From an uncultured Candidatus Saccharibacteria bacterium (GTDB lineage: Bacteria > Patescibacteriota > Minisyncoccia > Minisyncoccales > Staskawiczbacteraceae): a DNA stretch of 64,000 nt. Of this stretch, positions 46,029 through 55,241 are shown piece after piece. Position 1 is the stretch's first letter, and every line of letters starts with the position of its first letter. The stretch covers positions 13,073 through 77,072 of the forward strand of contig CAYZNK010000001.1 of NCBI GenBank assembly GCA_964479955.1, in the 5' to 3' direction. The translations under genes and the position numbers were made by a program. The notes under the pieces were generated by a model, which worked only from the letters and a program-made list of their open reading frames with translations, did not search any database and had not been told where the DNA came from.

Positions 46029-47120
46029 TTAGTCATCGCTGAGTGCATCACTCAGCGATGACTCATCGGTTATATCTCGCGGATCTGTTTTTTTCTTTTT
46101 TATTCCAGACTTGCTGGCAGAGCTTACTCCTCCAAGCAAGATGCCTACCCCTCCGCCGCCACCAACGACTGCCGTGCTGGCATTTTCAAGCCCCTTAATG
46201 TGGACTTGTTGATATCCAGATGTTTTAGCAAGCGCACGTTGACGGAGTTCTTCTTGTTTTGCCTCAATCTGCGCCTGAGTTGGATTGTGCCCAGTAGCCC
46301 GTTGACCTTCCAACCAAGTTTTTAGGGCTTGATTGGTATCATCAAAAAGAATAGCGCTTGCTTCTGCCTTATGCTTAGCGGCGTCTTTTTCTCGCATAGC
46401 CTTATACGGAGCCAGGGTTGTTGCTCGCCAATCATCGGGCGGATCAATACTCCGTAGCTCTACGGATTCAACCCTAATTCCGCACTCCTCAAGTAGCTTT
46501 TCAATAATTGAAAGACTGCCATTTTCACTATGGTTAAGCTCTTCCCAAAGGCGCTCGCTGATGGTCTTTTTCGCCTGTTTCTCTTCTGTGTCTCGTCCAA
46601 CAATATCGTCGTCATACGAAACCTGAGCAATAACCTTGCGATAGCGCGCTAAAATCCGGGTATTCATTTCGGCATACCAGTCGCTTGTCTTAAAAAAAGC
46701 TTTCTGACAATTTTCCATAACGGCAAAAGCAGCAAGAATGCCAGATAAATGAAGTCCATGGCTGTCTTCTTCGTCCTTAAAGGGAAGAGCATACGGATAT
46801 CTTGTAGTTTTAAAACTGCTCACATCTTGATCTTCTTGGGGTTCCGCTTTTGGATTGCCGTCTTTGTCGGTCACGCTCTTAAAGAACATCATTTTGCGTT
46901 TATAAAGGTAATTTATACCCGGCAAACCAATCCATTGCAAACCAGGACCAATTGTTTCTTTGTATTCTCCCATTCCCATAACAATCTTGCACCATCCTTG
47001 CTCTACGATGGTCCACAGGATATCATTTTTGGCCAATGCCAAAAGGATATAGTATCCAAGCAGGCACAGGGCGCAAGCTCCAAAAACGCAGAAAACCAAC
47101 TGGTAAACGTACGTCAACAT
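46029..47120 (-). CDS. SPFH/Band-7-like membrane protein (paralog 2)
   Basis: 363 aa with an N-terminal TM, then WTIVEQGWCKIVMGMGEYKETIGPGLQWIGLPGINYLY (SPFH-like entry), a coiled coil and a Gly-rich tail. SD AAAGGAGAAGG upstream. Confidence 0.5.
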   Translation of the reverse strand: MLTYVYQLVFCVFGACALCLLGYYILLALAKNDILWTIVEQGWCKIVMGMGEYKETIGPGLQWIGLPGINYLYKRKMMFFKSVTDKDGNPKAEPQEDQDVSSFKTTRYPYALPFKDEEDSHGLHLSGILAAFAVMENCQKAFFKTSDWYAEMNTRILARYRKVIAQVSYDDDIVGRDTEEKQAKKTISERLWEELNHSENGSLSIIEKLLEECGIRVESVELRSIDPPDDWRATTLAPYKAMREKDAAKHKAEASAILFDDTNQALKTWLEGQRATGHNPTQAQIEAKQEELRQRALAKTSGYQQVHIKGLENASTAVVGGGGGVGILLGGVSSASKSGIKKKKTDPRDITDESSLSDALSDD

Positions 47121-47190
47121 AACCTTCTCCTTTAAGTTGGTTGATTATGACCCAAAAGTGAGCCATATTTGACAATGTTCAATTATATTT

Positions 47191-47219
47191 ATTATATCAT
47201 AAATACGTACTGATGTCAA
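47191..47219 (-). promoter_or_regulatory. perfect consensus sigma70 promoter for SPFH-like paralog 2
   Basis: Minus strand reads TTGACA (47219-47214), 17-nt spacer, TATAAT (47196-47191). Confidence 0.7.
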
Positions 47220-47341
47220 TATCTTGGGCAGTTGTTGATAACTTTGATTGTTAGCTTAATTTTATATGTGATATAATAATTAAATTAACGAACTTTCAAT
47301 TTCTAATTTTTAATTTCTATTAAATTTTAACATTAGAAATT

Positions 47342-47755
47342 TTGCCCATGGAGCAGTATCCTGTGCCACAATTTATTGAGCAAGAAGGAAAAATAGCTTT
47401 TTTCTTGTCGTTTAAACAATTTTTTTACCTTGTTGGGGCAGGAGCAATTTGTTTTATACTTTACTATATATTGCCTTTTGTGATTTTTGTGATGGCAAGT
47501 GTTATTATAGCTATTGCGGCAATTGCTTTGGCTTTTGTTTCAATAAACGGAGTTCCTTTGTTAAACATACTTTTAAATTCAATTGGATTTGCAACAGGGG
47601 GGAAAAATTACACCTGGAAAAAACAAGAGTCTCCGTATCCTTTTAAAACAATAAAGAGAGCCGCCATTAAAAAAATTGATAAAGGTCCTATCTTAAAAGC
47701 CCAAGAAAGCCAGCTTAGAAAAATAAGAACAGAGGTGGAGCTAAAAACAAAATAA
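47342..47755 (+). CDS. PrgI family protein (VirB3-like T4SS component)
   Basis: YPVPQFIEQEGKIAFFLSFKQFFYLVGAGAICFILYYIL plus a second TM helix is the PrgI pattern. Lies upstream of VirB4. Confidence 0.7.
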   Translation: MPMEQYPVPQFIEQEGKIAFFLSFKQFFYLVGAGAICFILYYILPFVIFVMASVIIAIAAIALAFVSINGVPLLNILLNSIGFATGGKNYTWKKQESPYPFKTIKRAAIKKIDKGPILKAQESQLRKIRTEVELKTK

Positions 47756-47809
47756 TTGTGAAATTTTAAATAACAAATTTTAAATTTTAATTGAAAAATA
47801 AATGATAAA

Positions 47810-48190
47810 ATGGATAAAACTAACAAAAGCTTTGACTTAGAAGAAAGAACTGCAAGATTTGGAGAGGATATGATCAAATTTATAAAAACTATTAATAAAA
47901 ACGAAATAAACAAACCATTAATAAATCAAATTATAAGGTCTGCCACTAGCTTAGGAGCAAATTATATGGAAGCAAACGGAGCTAGCTCAAAAAAAGATTT
48001 TAGAAATAAAATTTGCATTTGTAAAAAGGAGGCAAAAGAAACAAAACACTGGATTAGGATGATTGCGACAGCAAATTCCGAAAAATCAGAGAGATGCAGA
48101 AGACTATGGCAAGAAGCTCAAGAATTGACTTTGATCTTCTCTAAAATAATTATTTCTTCGGACACAAAAGATAAATTTAAACATTCATAA
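47810..48190 (+). CDS. four-helix-bundle protein (23S rRNA IVS protein family)
   Basis: FDLEERTARFGEDMIKFIK...IIRSATSLGANYMEANGASSKKDFRNKICICKKEAKETKHWIRMI is the family signature. Confidence 0.85.
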   Translation: MDKTNKSFDLEERTARFGEDMIKFIKTINKNEINKPLINQIIRSATSLGANYMEANGASSKKDFRNKICICKKEAKETKHWIRMIATANSEKSERCRRLWQEAQELTLIFSKIIISSDTKDKFKHS

Positions 48191-48241
48191 TTTAGTAATT
48201 AAATTAAAATTTATAATTTAAAATTTAAAATTCGCGCACAC

Positions 48242-48895
48242 ATGCCCGAGACAGCAACACAATCATTTTTGGAAATAAAAGATATAAGGGAGGGAGTTTT
48301 GCTTCTGAAAAATAATTCCATAAGGGGCGTGCTCATGGTCTCTTCAATAAACTTTGCCTTAAAATCAGAAGAGGAGCAGACAGCAATTATTTATGCCTTT
48401 CAGAGTTTTTTGAATTCCTTGGATTTTTCTTGCCAAATTGTCATTCAATCAAGAAACATAAATATTACACCCTACCTTGACGCACTGAAAGATTTAGAAG
48501 ACAGGCAGTCAAATGATTTAATGAAAAAACAAACAGCATCCTATAGGGAATTTATTAAAAACATGGTAGTGGGGGATGTTGTAATGACAAAAAATTTCTA
48601 TGTTGTTGTGCCTTATGCCTTGACAGAAATTTTTGGAATAAAAGCAGCATCAAGCCAGCTTAATCCTTTCAAAAAATCCGGACAGACACAAGAAATGGAT
48701 GATGATAAATTTGAAAGGTGCAAAACCCAACTTTGGCAAAGAATGGAGTATCTGGCAATGGGACTGAGAAGGTGCGGGCTTGAGGCGATTCCTTTGACTA
48801 CCCCGGAGCTTATTGAATTGTTTTGGGCAATTCATCATCCAGACCAGGCAGAAGTGGGATATTATCCAGAAATCCTGCCAGAGTTATTAAAATAA
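48242..48895 (+). CDS. T4SS-associated protein resembling the non-ATPase N-terminal region of VirB4/TraC-type proteins
   Basis: FLEIKDIREGVLLLKNNSIRGVLMVSSINFALKSEEEQTAIIYAFQSFLNSLDFSCQIVIQSR pattern. Sits 25 nt upstream of virB4, in another frame. Confidence 0.45.
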   Translation: MPETATQSFLEIKDIREGVLLLKNNSIRGVLMVSSINFALKSEEEQTAIIYAFQSFLNSLDFSCQIVIQSRNINITPYLDALKDLEDRQSNDLMKKQTASYREFIKNMVVGDVVMTKNFYVVVPYALTEIFGIKAASSQLNPFKKSGQTQEMDDDKFERCKTQLWQRMEYLAMGLRRCGLEAIPLTTPELIELFWAIHHPDQAEVGYYPEILPELLK

Positions 48896-48920
48896 TATTA
48901 GAAATCAAAATAATTCTAAA

Positions 48921-50723
48921 ATGGGATCATTTTTAGACAGCTTATTTGGAAAAAAAGAGGAAAATCTTCTGGAAGAAAAACTCTTTGAGGAGGAAAAATT
49001 TGATGTAAGAGACGTTATTGCGCCTCCATATATTGGCATAACGCAAGACCACATAAAACTGGGGGAAAGGTTTGCAAAATCTTTTTTTGTCTTTTCTTAT
49101 CCAAGATATTTAAATACCGGGTGGTTTTCCCCTGTTATTGATTTAAATACTGCAATGGATATTTCTTTTTTCATACACCCGATTTCTTCAGAGCTTATTT
49201 TAAAAAAATTAAGAAAAAAAGTTACTGAGGTTTCCTCCGAAATAATAGAAAGAGAAGAAAAAGGGCTTATCCGCGACCCGTCCCTTGAAACCGGGTATAA
49301 AGACATAGAAAACCTGCGCGACAAATTAATGACTGCCCAGGAAAAAATGTTTAGATTTGGGCTTTATATTACAGTTTATGAAAATTCGGAAAAAGAACTT
49401 CGCGACACAGAGCTCACGCTAAGGTCTATTTTTGAATCAAGACTAATTTATATAAAACCTGCATTGTTCAGGCAAAAAGAAGGATTTGTTTCCTGCAACC
49501 CTTATGGGATGGATTTGCTGGAGGTTGGAACGCCAATGGACACAGAGCCTCTTTCAACGTCTTTTCCTTTTATATCTTTTGATTTAAGCTCAAACGAAGG
49601 AATTTTATACGGCATAAACAGGCATAACAGCTCCTTGGTTTTGTTTGACAGGTTTTCTTTGGAAAATGCCAATATGGTTGTTTTTGCAAAATCCGGTTCT
49701 GGAAAATCTTTTGCGGTGAAACTTGAAATACTAAGATATCTGATGCAGGGCATTGATGTTATTGTCATTGACCCTGAAAACGAATACGAGTTTTTGTCAG
49801 ATGCGGTTGGCGGTTCATTTTTAAAAATTTCACTTACATCTCCCAACCACTTAAACCCGTTTGATTTGCCCTTGCCCGGTCCTGATGATAACCCGGAAGA
49901 CGTTCTGAGGTCAAACGTAATAAACCTTGTGGGATTGCTAAGAATAATGCTTGGAGGGCTAACCCCCGAAGAAGACAGCTTGTTAGATGAAGCGTTAACC
50001 GAAACTTACGCCGTAAGAGATATTACCGCACAGTCAGACCCAAAAACATGGAAAAATAATATTCCGCTTATGTCTGACTTTCAGGAAATTTTGGAAAGCA
50101 TGGCAGGAACTGAGTCCCTTGTAAAAAGAATTAAAAAATTCACCAAAGGAACATTTGCCGACTTTTTCAATAATCACTCCAATATTTCATTGGATAAAAA
50201 TTTTGTGGTTTTTGGAATAAGAGACATGGAAGACTCTTTGAGGCCAATAGCACTTTATATTGTAATGCGATACATTTGGAATATGGTCAGGTCCCAGCTT
50301 AAAAAGAGAATTTTGGTTATTGATGAAGCTTGGTGGCTGATGCAATCTGAAGACGGAGCTTCATTCCTTTTTGGGCTTGTAAAAAGAGGAAGAAAATACT
50401 GGCTTGGAGTAACAACAATCACGCAGGATGTTGCTGACTTTATGAAATCGGATTATGGCAGGGCAATTGTGACAAACTCCTCTTTGCAGTTTTTAATGAA
50501 ACAATCAACCGCAACAATTGATGTTGTCCAAAAAACTTTTAACCTTACAGAACAGGAAAAATATCTGCTTCTTGAAGCTGCCGTTGGAGAAGGCCTATTT
50601 TTTGCGGGCAAAAAACATGTTGCGCTTTCTGTTGTTGCTAGCCAGACAGAAAATGAAATTATAACAACTTCTCCGGAAGAAATTTTGCGAATCCGAGAAG
50701 AAAGGAAATCAGTATCTCTGTAA
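48921..50723 (+). CDS. virB4: VirB4-type T4SS ATPase (DUF87/TraC-like)
   Basis: 600 aa with Walker A FAKSGSGKSF, Walker B RILVIDEAWWLM and the N-terminal DVIAPPYIGIT...FFVFSYPRYLNTGW motif typical of Gram-positive VirB4 homologs. Confidence 0.88.
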   Translation: MGSFLDSLFGKKEENLLEEKLFEEEKFDVRDVIAPPYIGITQDHIKLGERFAKSFFVFSYPRYLNTGWFSPVIDLNTAMDISFFIHPISSELILKKLRKKVTEVSSEIIEREEKGLIRDPSLETGYKDIENLRDKLMTAQEKMFRFGLYITVYENSEKELRDTELTLRSIFESRLIYIKPALFRQKEGFVSCNPYGMDLLEVGTPMDTEPLSTSFPFISFDLSSNEGILYGINRHNSSLVLFDRFSLENANMVVFAKSGSGKSFAVKLEILRYLMQGIDVIVIDPENEYEFLSDAVGGSFLKISLTSPNHLNPFDLPLPGPDDNPEDVLRSNVINLVGLLRIMLGGLTPEEDSLLDEALTETYAVRDITAQSDPKTWKNNIPLMSDFQEILESMAGTESLVKRIKKFTKGTFADFFNNHSNISLDKNFVVFGIRDMEDSLRPIALYIVMRYIWNMVRSQLKKRILVIDEAWWLMQSEDGASFLFGLVKRGRKYWLGVTTITQDVADFMKSDYGRAIVTNSSLQFLMKQSTATIDVVQKTFNLTEQEKYLLLEAAVGEGLFFAGKKHVALSVVASQTENEIITTSPEEILRIREERKSVSL

Positions 50724-50739
50724 AAATAAAAAATGGCCG

Positions 50740-53700
50740 ATGAAAATAAAATCCATTTTATTTCTATTTTTTATTAGTCTGTTTTTGTTAAGTGCGGGGC
50801 TTGTATCTGCCCTTGAAGTTGAATATCCTGTAATTTTTGGAATGTCTATTGGCCCCGGTTCATCTTTTGCAGAATATGCAAAATATTTTTTTAATATCGG
50901 AGTATTTTTAGCTGTTTTTATATCTGCTATTATTTTAGCATTTGGCGGAATTTACTTTTTGATTGATTACTCCAAGGGAAAAATGGCAGGCGAAGGAAAA
51001 GAGTGGATTAAATCCGGAGCAATCGGGATGTTTTTGACAGTTTGCGCATATTTAATCGCCTTTACCATAAATCCATATTTGGTTATTTTTGACTTGAAAA
51101 ACCTTGGGCCCTTAACATATATAGCCAATATTTTAAATATAAATAAAGACAATCCTCTGCCCATTGATATTTATACAGAAATACCAATAGGAACCTTAAC
51201 CGAAAACCTTGTGGCAGGAACTATGAGTTGTTATGAATTTGACAGTTTTGGAGACCCGATTGACGGTGAAGTAATAAAAATAGATAGTGGAGAAAGAATT
51301 CCATCTCCCACTTTTTTAGAGCATGACAGGGTTGACTGTATTTTTCAATTAGCAAAAGCCGCAGATAAGAAAGCAGAGCTGGTTGATAATTTATCGCAAA
51401 AAATCATAGATATGATGGAGCAATGTAGTTGCAGTTTAAATATGCCCGCAGAAGATGAATCTGCCTCCAATGATTTTTATTTTGCCGCCAAAACTTCAGC
51501 ATACGGATATTGCACAAACAATTGTGGAGAAGATAGCTGTGGATATTCTGGTTCATGCGACAGTTCAACAGCGGCAAATAACGGAAGAACAGACATATGC
51601 TCTGATAATTGCCAGAGCAACGGATGTAATTGCAGCCACAATTCATGCGACCAATGTCCAGAAGGATACAAAAAAAAAATAGATGAAGGTCCAATATGTC
51701 TTACATACTTTTGTGGAGATGTTGATTCCTCTACAACTGACAATTCCGAATGTAATAAATACGAGAAAGACTTTAAGGGAATGAAAGAATTTAGGTCAGA
51801 TTATAACTGGAGCTATGAGGCTATAAAACAAGTAGTAGAGGTTGAAAAAATATTAAATAATAAAAAAATATTTATTTTTAATGACGGAGGATGCAGTCCC
51901 TGCGATATAGATTGTCCGTCAAACAATGATATTTGCCAAAGGGAATTATTAAAGTGTCGCAATAACCGCAAAAAATGCATGCTTCAAAAAAGTCCTTGGT
52001 ATAAATTAAAATTAGTGGACCAGCTTGTATATCTTCAAGGAAAACTGGAAGAAATAAAAAAAGAGGTTGAAGAAGATTATGAAAACCTAACATTAGCCGA
52101 AGATGAACTGGGAAATTGCTATCTTGCAGATTCTTATGTTGACTTTTTAAAAACATACGAACAAACGGATAAAACTAAAAAAACTATTTTAATTGAACAA
52201 ACTTATTCGGAACAAGGGGAGACAGAAATGGTTAATCCAGCAAAATATTGCAAGGGCTTCCAATATAACAATTCCGAATGTTATAGCCAGTGTCAAAAAT
52301 TGTGTCCTGGCGACCAACAAAAAGATTTTGACTGTTATAAATCAGGGGATATAGAAGATTGTTTTAATAAAAGATCCTGTACTCCTGGTATAAGTAATTT
52401 TTCAACATTTAAAGAATGCCTGTCTACGTGCAGAGAAAAATGCGAAGATTCTTGCGAAATATTGTGCGATGAAACCGACAAAGAAAACTGCAAAGAAAAA
52501 TGCAAAAATGACTCCAAGTGCGTGGTTGATAATGCAGACAGCTGTTTGATGGATTTTTCAAAACTTGGAAAAGACTGTTCAGAAAGTAAAAACTTAGAAG
52601 AATTCCAGCAATGTCTTGAATCCGCCACACTGTGCACATACTGTTCTGACCAATATGCAGGATATGCAGACTGTCAAAAACCAAATTATTATTTTGGAAA
52701 TGAGTACTCATCCTCTTATCTTTATAAGCATCCGGAAAGCCAGCTTTGTCAAAAACCGAACAAAAGCGTAGGCGCAACATCAAGTGGAGAGCAGATACCG
52801 TGCATAACAGCATACCCCGAAACAACGAAATGCTCATCAAGTTCAAAGTGTCCTGATTGCCCATGTGATATTACAAATAAAAATTCCGAATATATTTTTC
52901 CTCAGGACTACTCAACCTGCTCAGGAGACGATTTTGAATGCAGAGTATGTAGTGGGTCTTGCGATGAATTTTATTTTAACGATGACTCCCTAACCTTTTA
53001 CTGCAACCAATCTTGGTGGACAAAAGATGATGCTAAAAAGACGGTCCCCATTGGGGAAGAAAGAATTTGTTTAAAATCAAGAGAGGTCCCTGTTGGACAA
53101 GTTGTTGATGAGTCTGAACAATGGGGAGCAATCCTTGCAGCCAATATTAAAAGCATCTCAGAGAGCGTAAATAATTTGGTCAATTATTTAAGAAAAATAG
53201 GAGAAGAAAAAAATTATTGCCTTTGCAGTAGTAAATGCAATGAATCAGGAAAAGAATCTGCCTGCGAGGCAGAATGTGCATTTGTTGAAACTCAGACAAT
53301 TAACACAGATGAAGAAGGAAGCGAAACAATAACTTATAATTGCTCGTGTGAAAGACAGTCATGTGCTGGCAATCCTTGCCAAAAAATTATCAATTTGTTA
53401 AAGGGTAAAGCAGCTAATGAAAAATGTCCGAAAGGAGTAGAATATAAGGGGGTGAAATATTACCACAGTGGAATCAGTTTTGCAATTAAAAACTTTTACA
53501 CATTCACGATTGAAGGTGGAAGAAGTGATATTGTAAAAAAATTGGATTATGCAAGAAAATCAACGGGTGATTGTAGTACAACCCAAAATAATTATGGAGA
53601 AAATTATGTTCGACTTTTGAGCTGCACTCGAGTTGAAGACGAAATTGTGTCTCCCATCACAGATAAAGGAAAAAATATTTTTGCGGGAGAAACAACTCCT

Positions 53701-53802
53701 TTTTATTGCTATGGAAAAGAATTGGGAAAAGTAAGAGGATATGAAAGCCCTTTGATGGATAATTGGTTTTGCTGTGAAACAAGAAAACAAGAATTACAAT
53801 AG
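50740..53802 (+). CDS. giant Cys-rich surface protein with N-terminal T4SS-pilin-like domain
   Basis: 1020 aa. Signal peptide, ALEVEYP, then two TM helices ending TINPYL (pilin-like head). About 880 further residues contain roughly 73 Cys by my count, in CxC / Cx2-4C clusters. Confidence 0.75.
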   Translation: MKIKSILFLFFISLFLLSAGLVSALEVEYPVIFGMSIGPGSSFAEYAKYFFNIGVFLAVFISAIILAFGGIYFLIDYSKGKMAGEGKEWIKSGAIGMFLTVCAYLIAFTINPYLVIFDLKNLGPLTYIANILNINKDNPLPIDIYTEIPIGTLTENLVAGTMSCYEFDSFGDPIDGEVIKIDSGERIPSPTFLEHDRVDCIFQLAKAADKKAELVDNLSQKIIDMMEQCSCSLNMPAEDESASNDFYFAAKTSAYGYCTNNCGEDSCGYSGSCDSSTAANNGRTDICSDNCQSNGCNCSHNSCDQCPEGYKKKIDEGPICLTYFCGDVDSSTTDNSECNKYEKDFKGMKEFRSDYNWSYEAIKQVVEVEKILNNKKIFIFNDGGCSPCDIDCPSNNDICQRELLKCRNNRKKCMLQKSPWYKLKLVDQLVYLQGKLEEIKKEVEEDYENLTLAEDELGNCYLADSYVDFLKTYEQTDKTKKTILIEQTYSEQGETEMVNPAKYCKGFQYNNSECYSQCQKLCPGDQQKDFDCYKSGDIEDCFNKRSCTPGISNFSTFKECLSTCREKCEDSCEILCDETDKENCKEKCKNDSKCVVDNADSCLMDFSKLGKDCSESKNLEEFQQCLESATLCTYCSDQYAGYADCQKPNYYFGNEYSSSYLYKHPESQLCQKPNKSVGATSSGEQIPCITAYPETTKCSSSSKCPDCPCDITNKNSEYIFPQDYSTCSGDDFECRVCSGSCDEFYFNDDSLTFYCNQSWWTKDDAKKTVPIGEERICLKSREVPVGQVVDESEQWGAILAANIKSISESVNNLVNYLRKIGEEKNYCLCSSKCNESGKESACEAECAFVETQTINTDEEGSETITYNCSCERQSCAGNPCQKIINLLKGKAANEKCPKGVEYKGVKYYHSGISFAIKNFYTFTIEGGRSDIVKKLDYARKSTGDCSTTQNNYGENYVRLLSCTRVEDEIVSPITDKGKNIFAGETTPFYCYGKELGKVRGYESPLMDNWFCCETRKQELQ

Positions 53803-53825
53803 TAAACTGAATCGTAAAAAATTTT

Positions 53826-55238
53826 ATGAAAGATAAAAAGACATTTAAATTTATAATACTGCCTATTTTTATTTTTTACAGCTTGCTTTTTTTATGCGGA
53901 AATGTTTTTGCCCTGGAAATAACCGACTACCCAAGAATTCCAATGCTCCCAGAATTAAGCAGAGACAGCGACCTTGGAGATTATGTGGGATATATTTTTG
54001 GATTATTGACTTATGCGGCCGGCATTGTGGCTGTAATTTCTTTTGCAATAGGCTCAATTCAGTTGATAATGTCTGCTTCAAACCCATCTCTGGCAAAAGA
54101 GGCAAAAGACAGAATGAAGGGATCTCTGCTTGGTCTGGTTCTGACCTTATCAGCTGTTGTTATACTGCAGACTATAAACCCAAGTCTGGTAGAAACTACT
54201 CTCCAACCACTACAAGGGGTAGATGGAATATATTATACCAATGGCTCAAAATTAAAACCGGCTCCTAACTCCCAACCAAATACAGAAAATTCTCCCGAAG
54301 ATTACAGCGCAATATATTATAAATGCGATCTTAATAGTGCTCCAATCTTGTTATTATGGAGATTTCCAAATAAAAATTTTGACTATAGCAACGGAGCTGA
54401 TGTTATAAGAATGAAGTGCGGAGATGTTGTTTCCATATCGGGATTCGGATCTTTTAAAATGGACTATGAAACAGCCGGCATATACTTTTGTCTAAATGGA
54501 TGCGGAGATGAAGGCTTATGCTCAGGATATATGTCTAATGTTAATAAATTAAGCGGGGGCCTTGAAGATCCTTTTAAGGGGAAAATAGGAGGAATTAGAA
54601 TTGTTAATGATTTAGATAGGCCACTGTTTTATGGAGTTATCGGACATGCGCAACCAGACCTGGAAAGCGGAGGAACATGCACACCATATGGCATATCTTT
54701 AAAAGAAAGTGAATGCATACCGGTTAATATTCCTGTTTTTTCAGCAGATATTTTTGTATGGAATAAAAATGACCCCGACTCTTCGGGAGACGGAATTTCT
54801 TTTTTTGAACAGACATATGGATGGGACGCCGATGTTGAATCGGGGATATTTAATGTTTCAAAAACAACCATAAACAATATAAGCTCTACTGACGGCGTAT
54901 TTACACAAAATGCCGATACAATGATATTTGATTATACTGGGGTTAAAAGTTTGCAAGCAAATTATTGCAACAGTTCTGCATACTCCTCGTGCAACAGTGC
55001 ACAAGGCGTTGCGAGCAACGGAGAGTGCTGTCTCTGCCCGGCATTTCGCGATTGTCCTAAATCTATAAGAATAAAAGGGGATTATCTTGTAGCATTATAC
55101 AGTTACGGAATATATAACGGCGGCCAAGCATTAAACTGTATAACATTTAGCAAAAAAGATATTGAAAACTTGGATGCATATGATTATATAAAATCCGGAA
55201 ACAAAATAAATTATGTAAATGTAATACCAATAAAGTAG
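53826..55238 (+). CDS. pilin-headed secreted protein, paralog A
   Basis: 470 aa. Signal, ALEITDYP, two TM helices (…ILQTINPSLVE), then a beta-rich Cys-containing domain that ends ...YVNVIPIK. Confidence 0.7.
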   Translation: MKDKKTFKFIILPIFIFYSLLFLCGNVFALEITDYPRIPMLPELSRDSDLGDYVGYIFGLLTYAAGIVAVISFAIGSIQLIMSASNPSLAKEAKDRMKGSLLGLVLTLSAVVILQTINPSLVETTLQPLQGVDGIYYTNGSKLKPAPNSQPNTENSPEDYSAIYYKCDLNSAPILLLWRFPNKNFDYSNGADVIRMKCGDVVSISGFGSFKMDYETAGIYFCLNGCGDEGLCSGYMSNVNKLSGGLEDPFKGKIGGIRIVNDLDRPLFYGVIGHAQPDLESGGTCTPYGISLKESECIPVNIPVFSADIFVWNKNDPDSSGDGISFFEQTYGWDADVESGIFNVSKTTINNISSTDGVFTQNADTMIFDYTGVKSLQANYCNSSAYSSCNSAQGVASNGECCLCPAFRDCPKSIRIKGDYLVALYSYGIYNGGQALNCITFSKKDIENLDAYDYIKSGNKINYVNVIPIK

Positions 55239-55241
55239 ACT

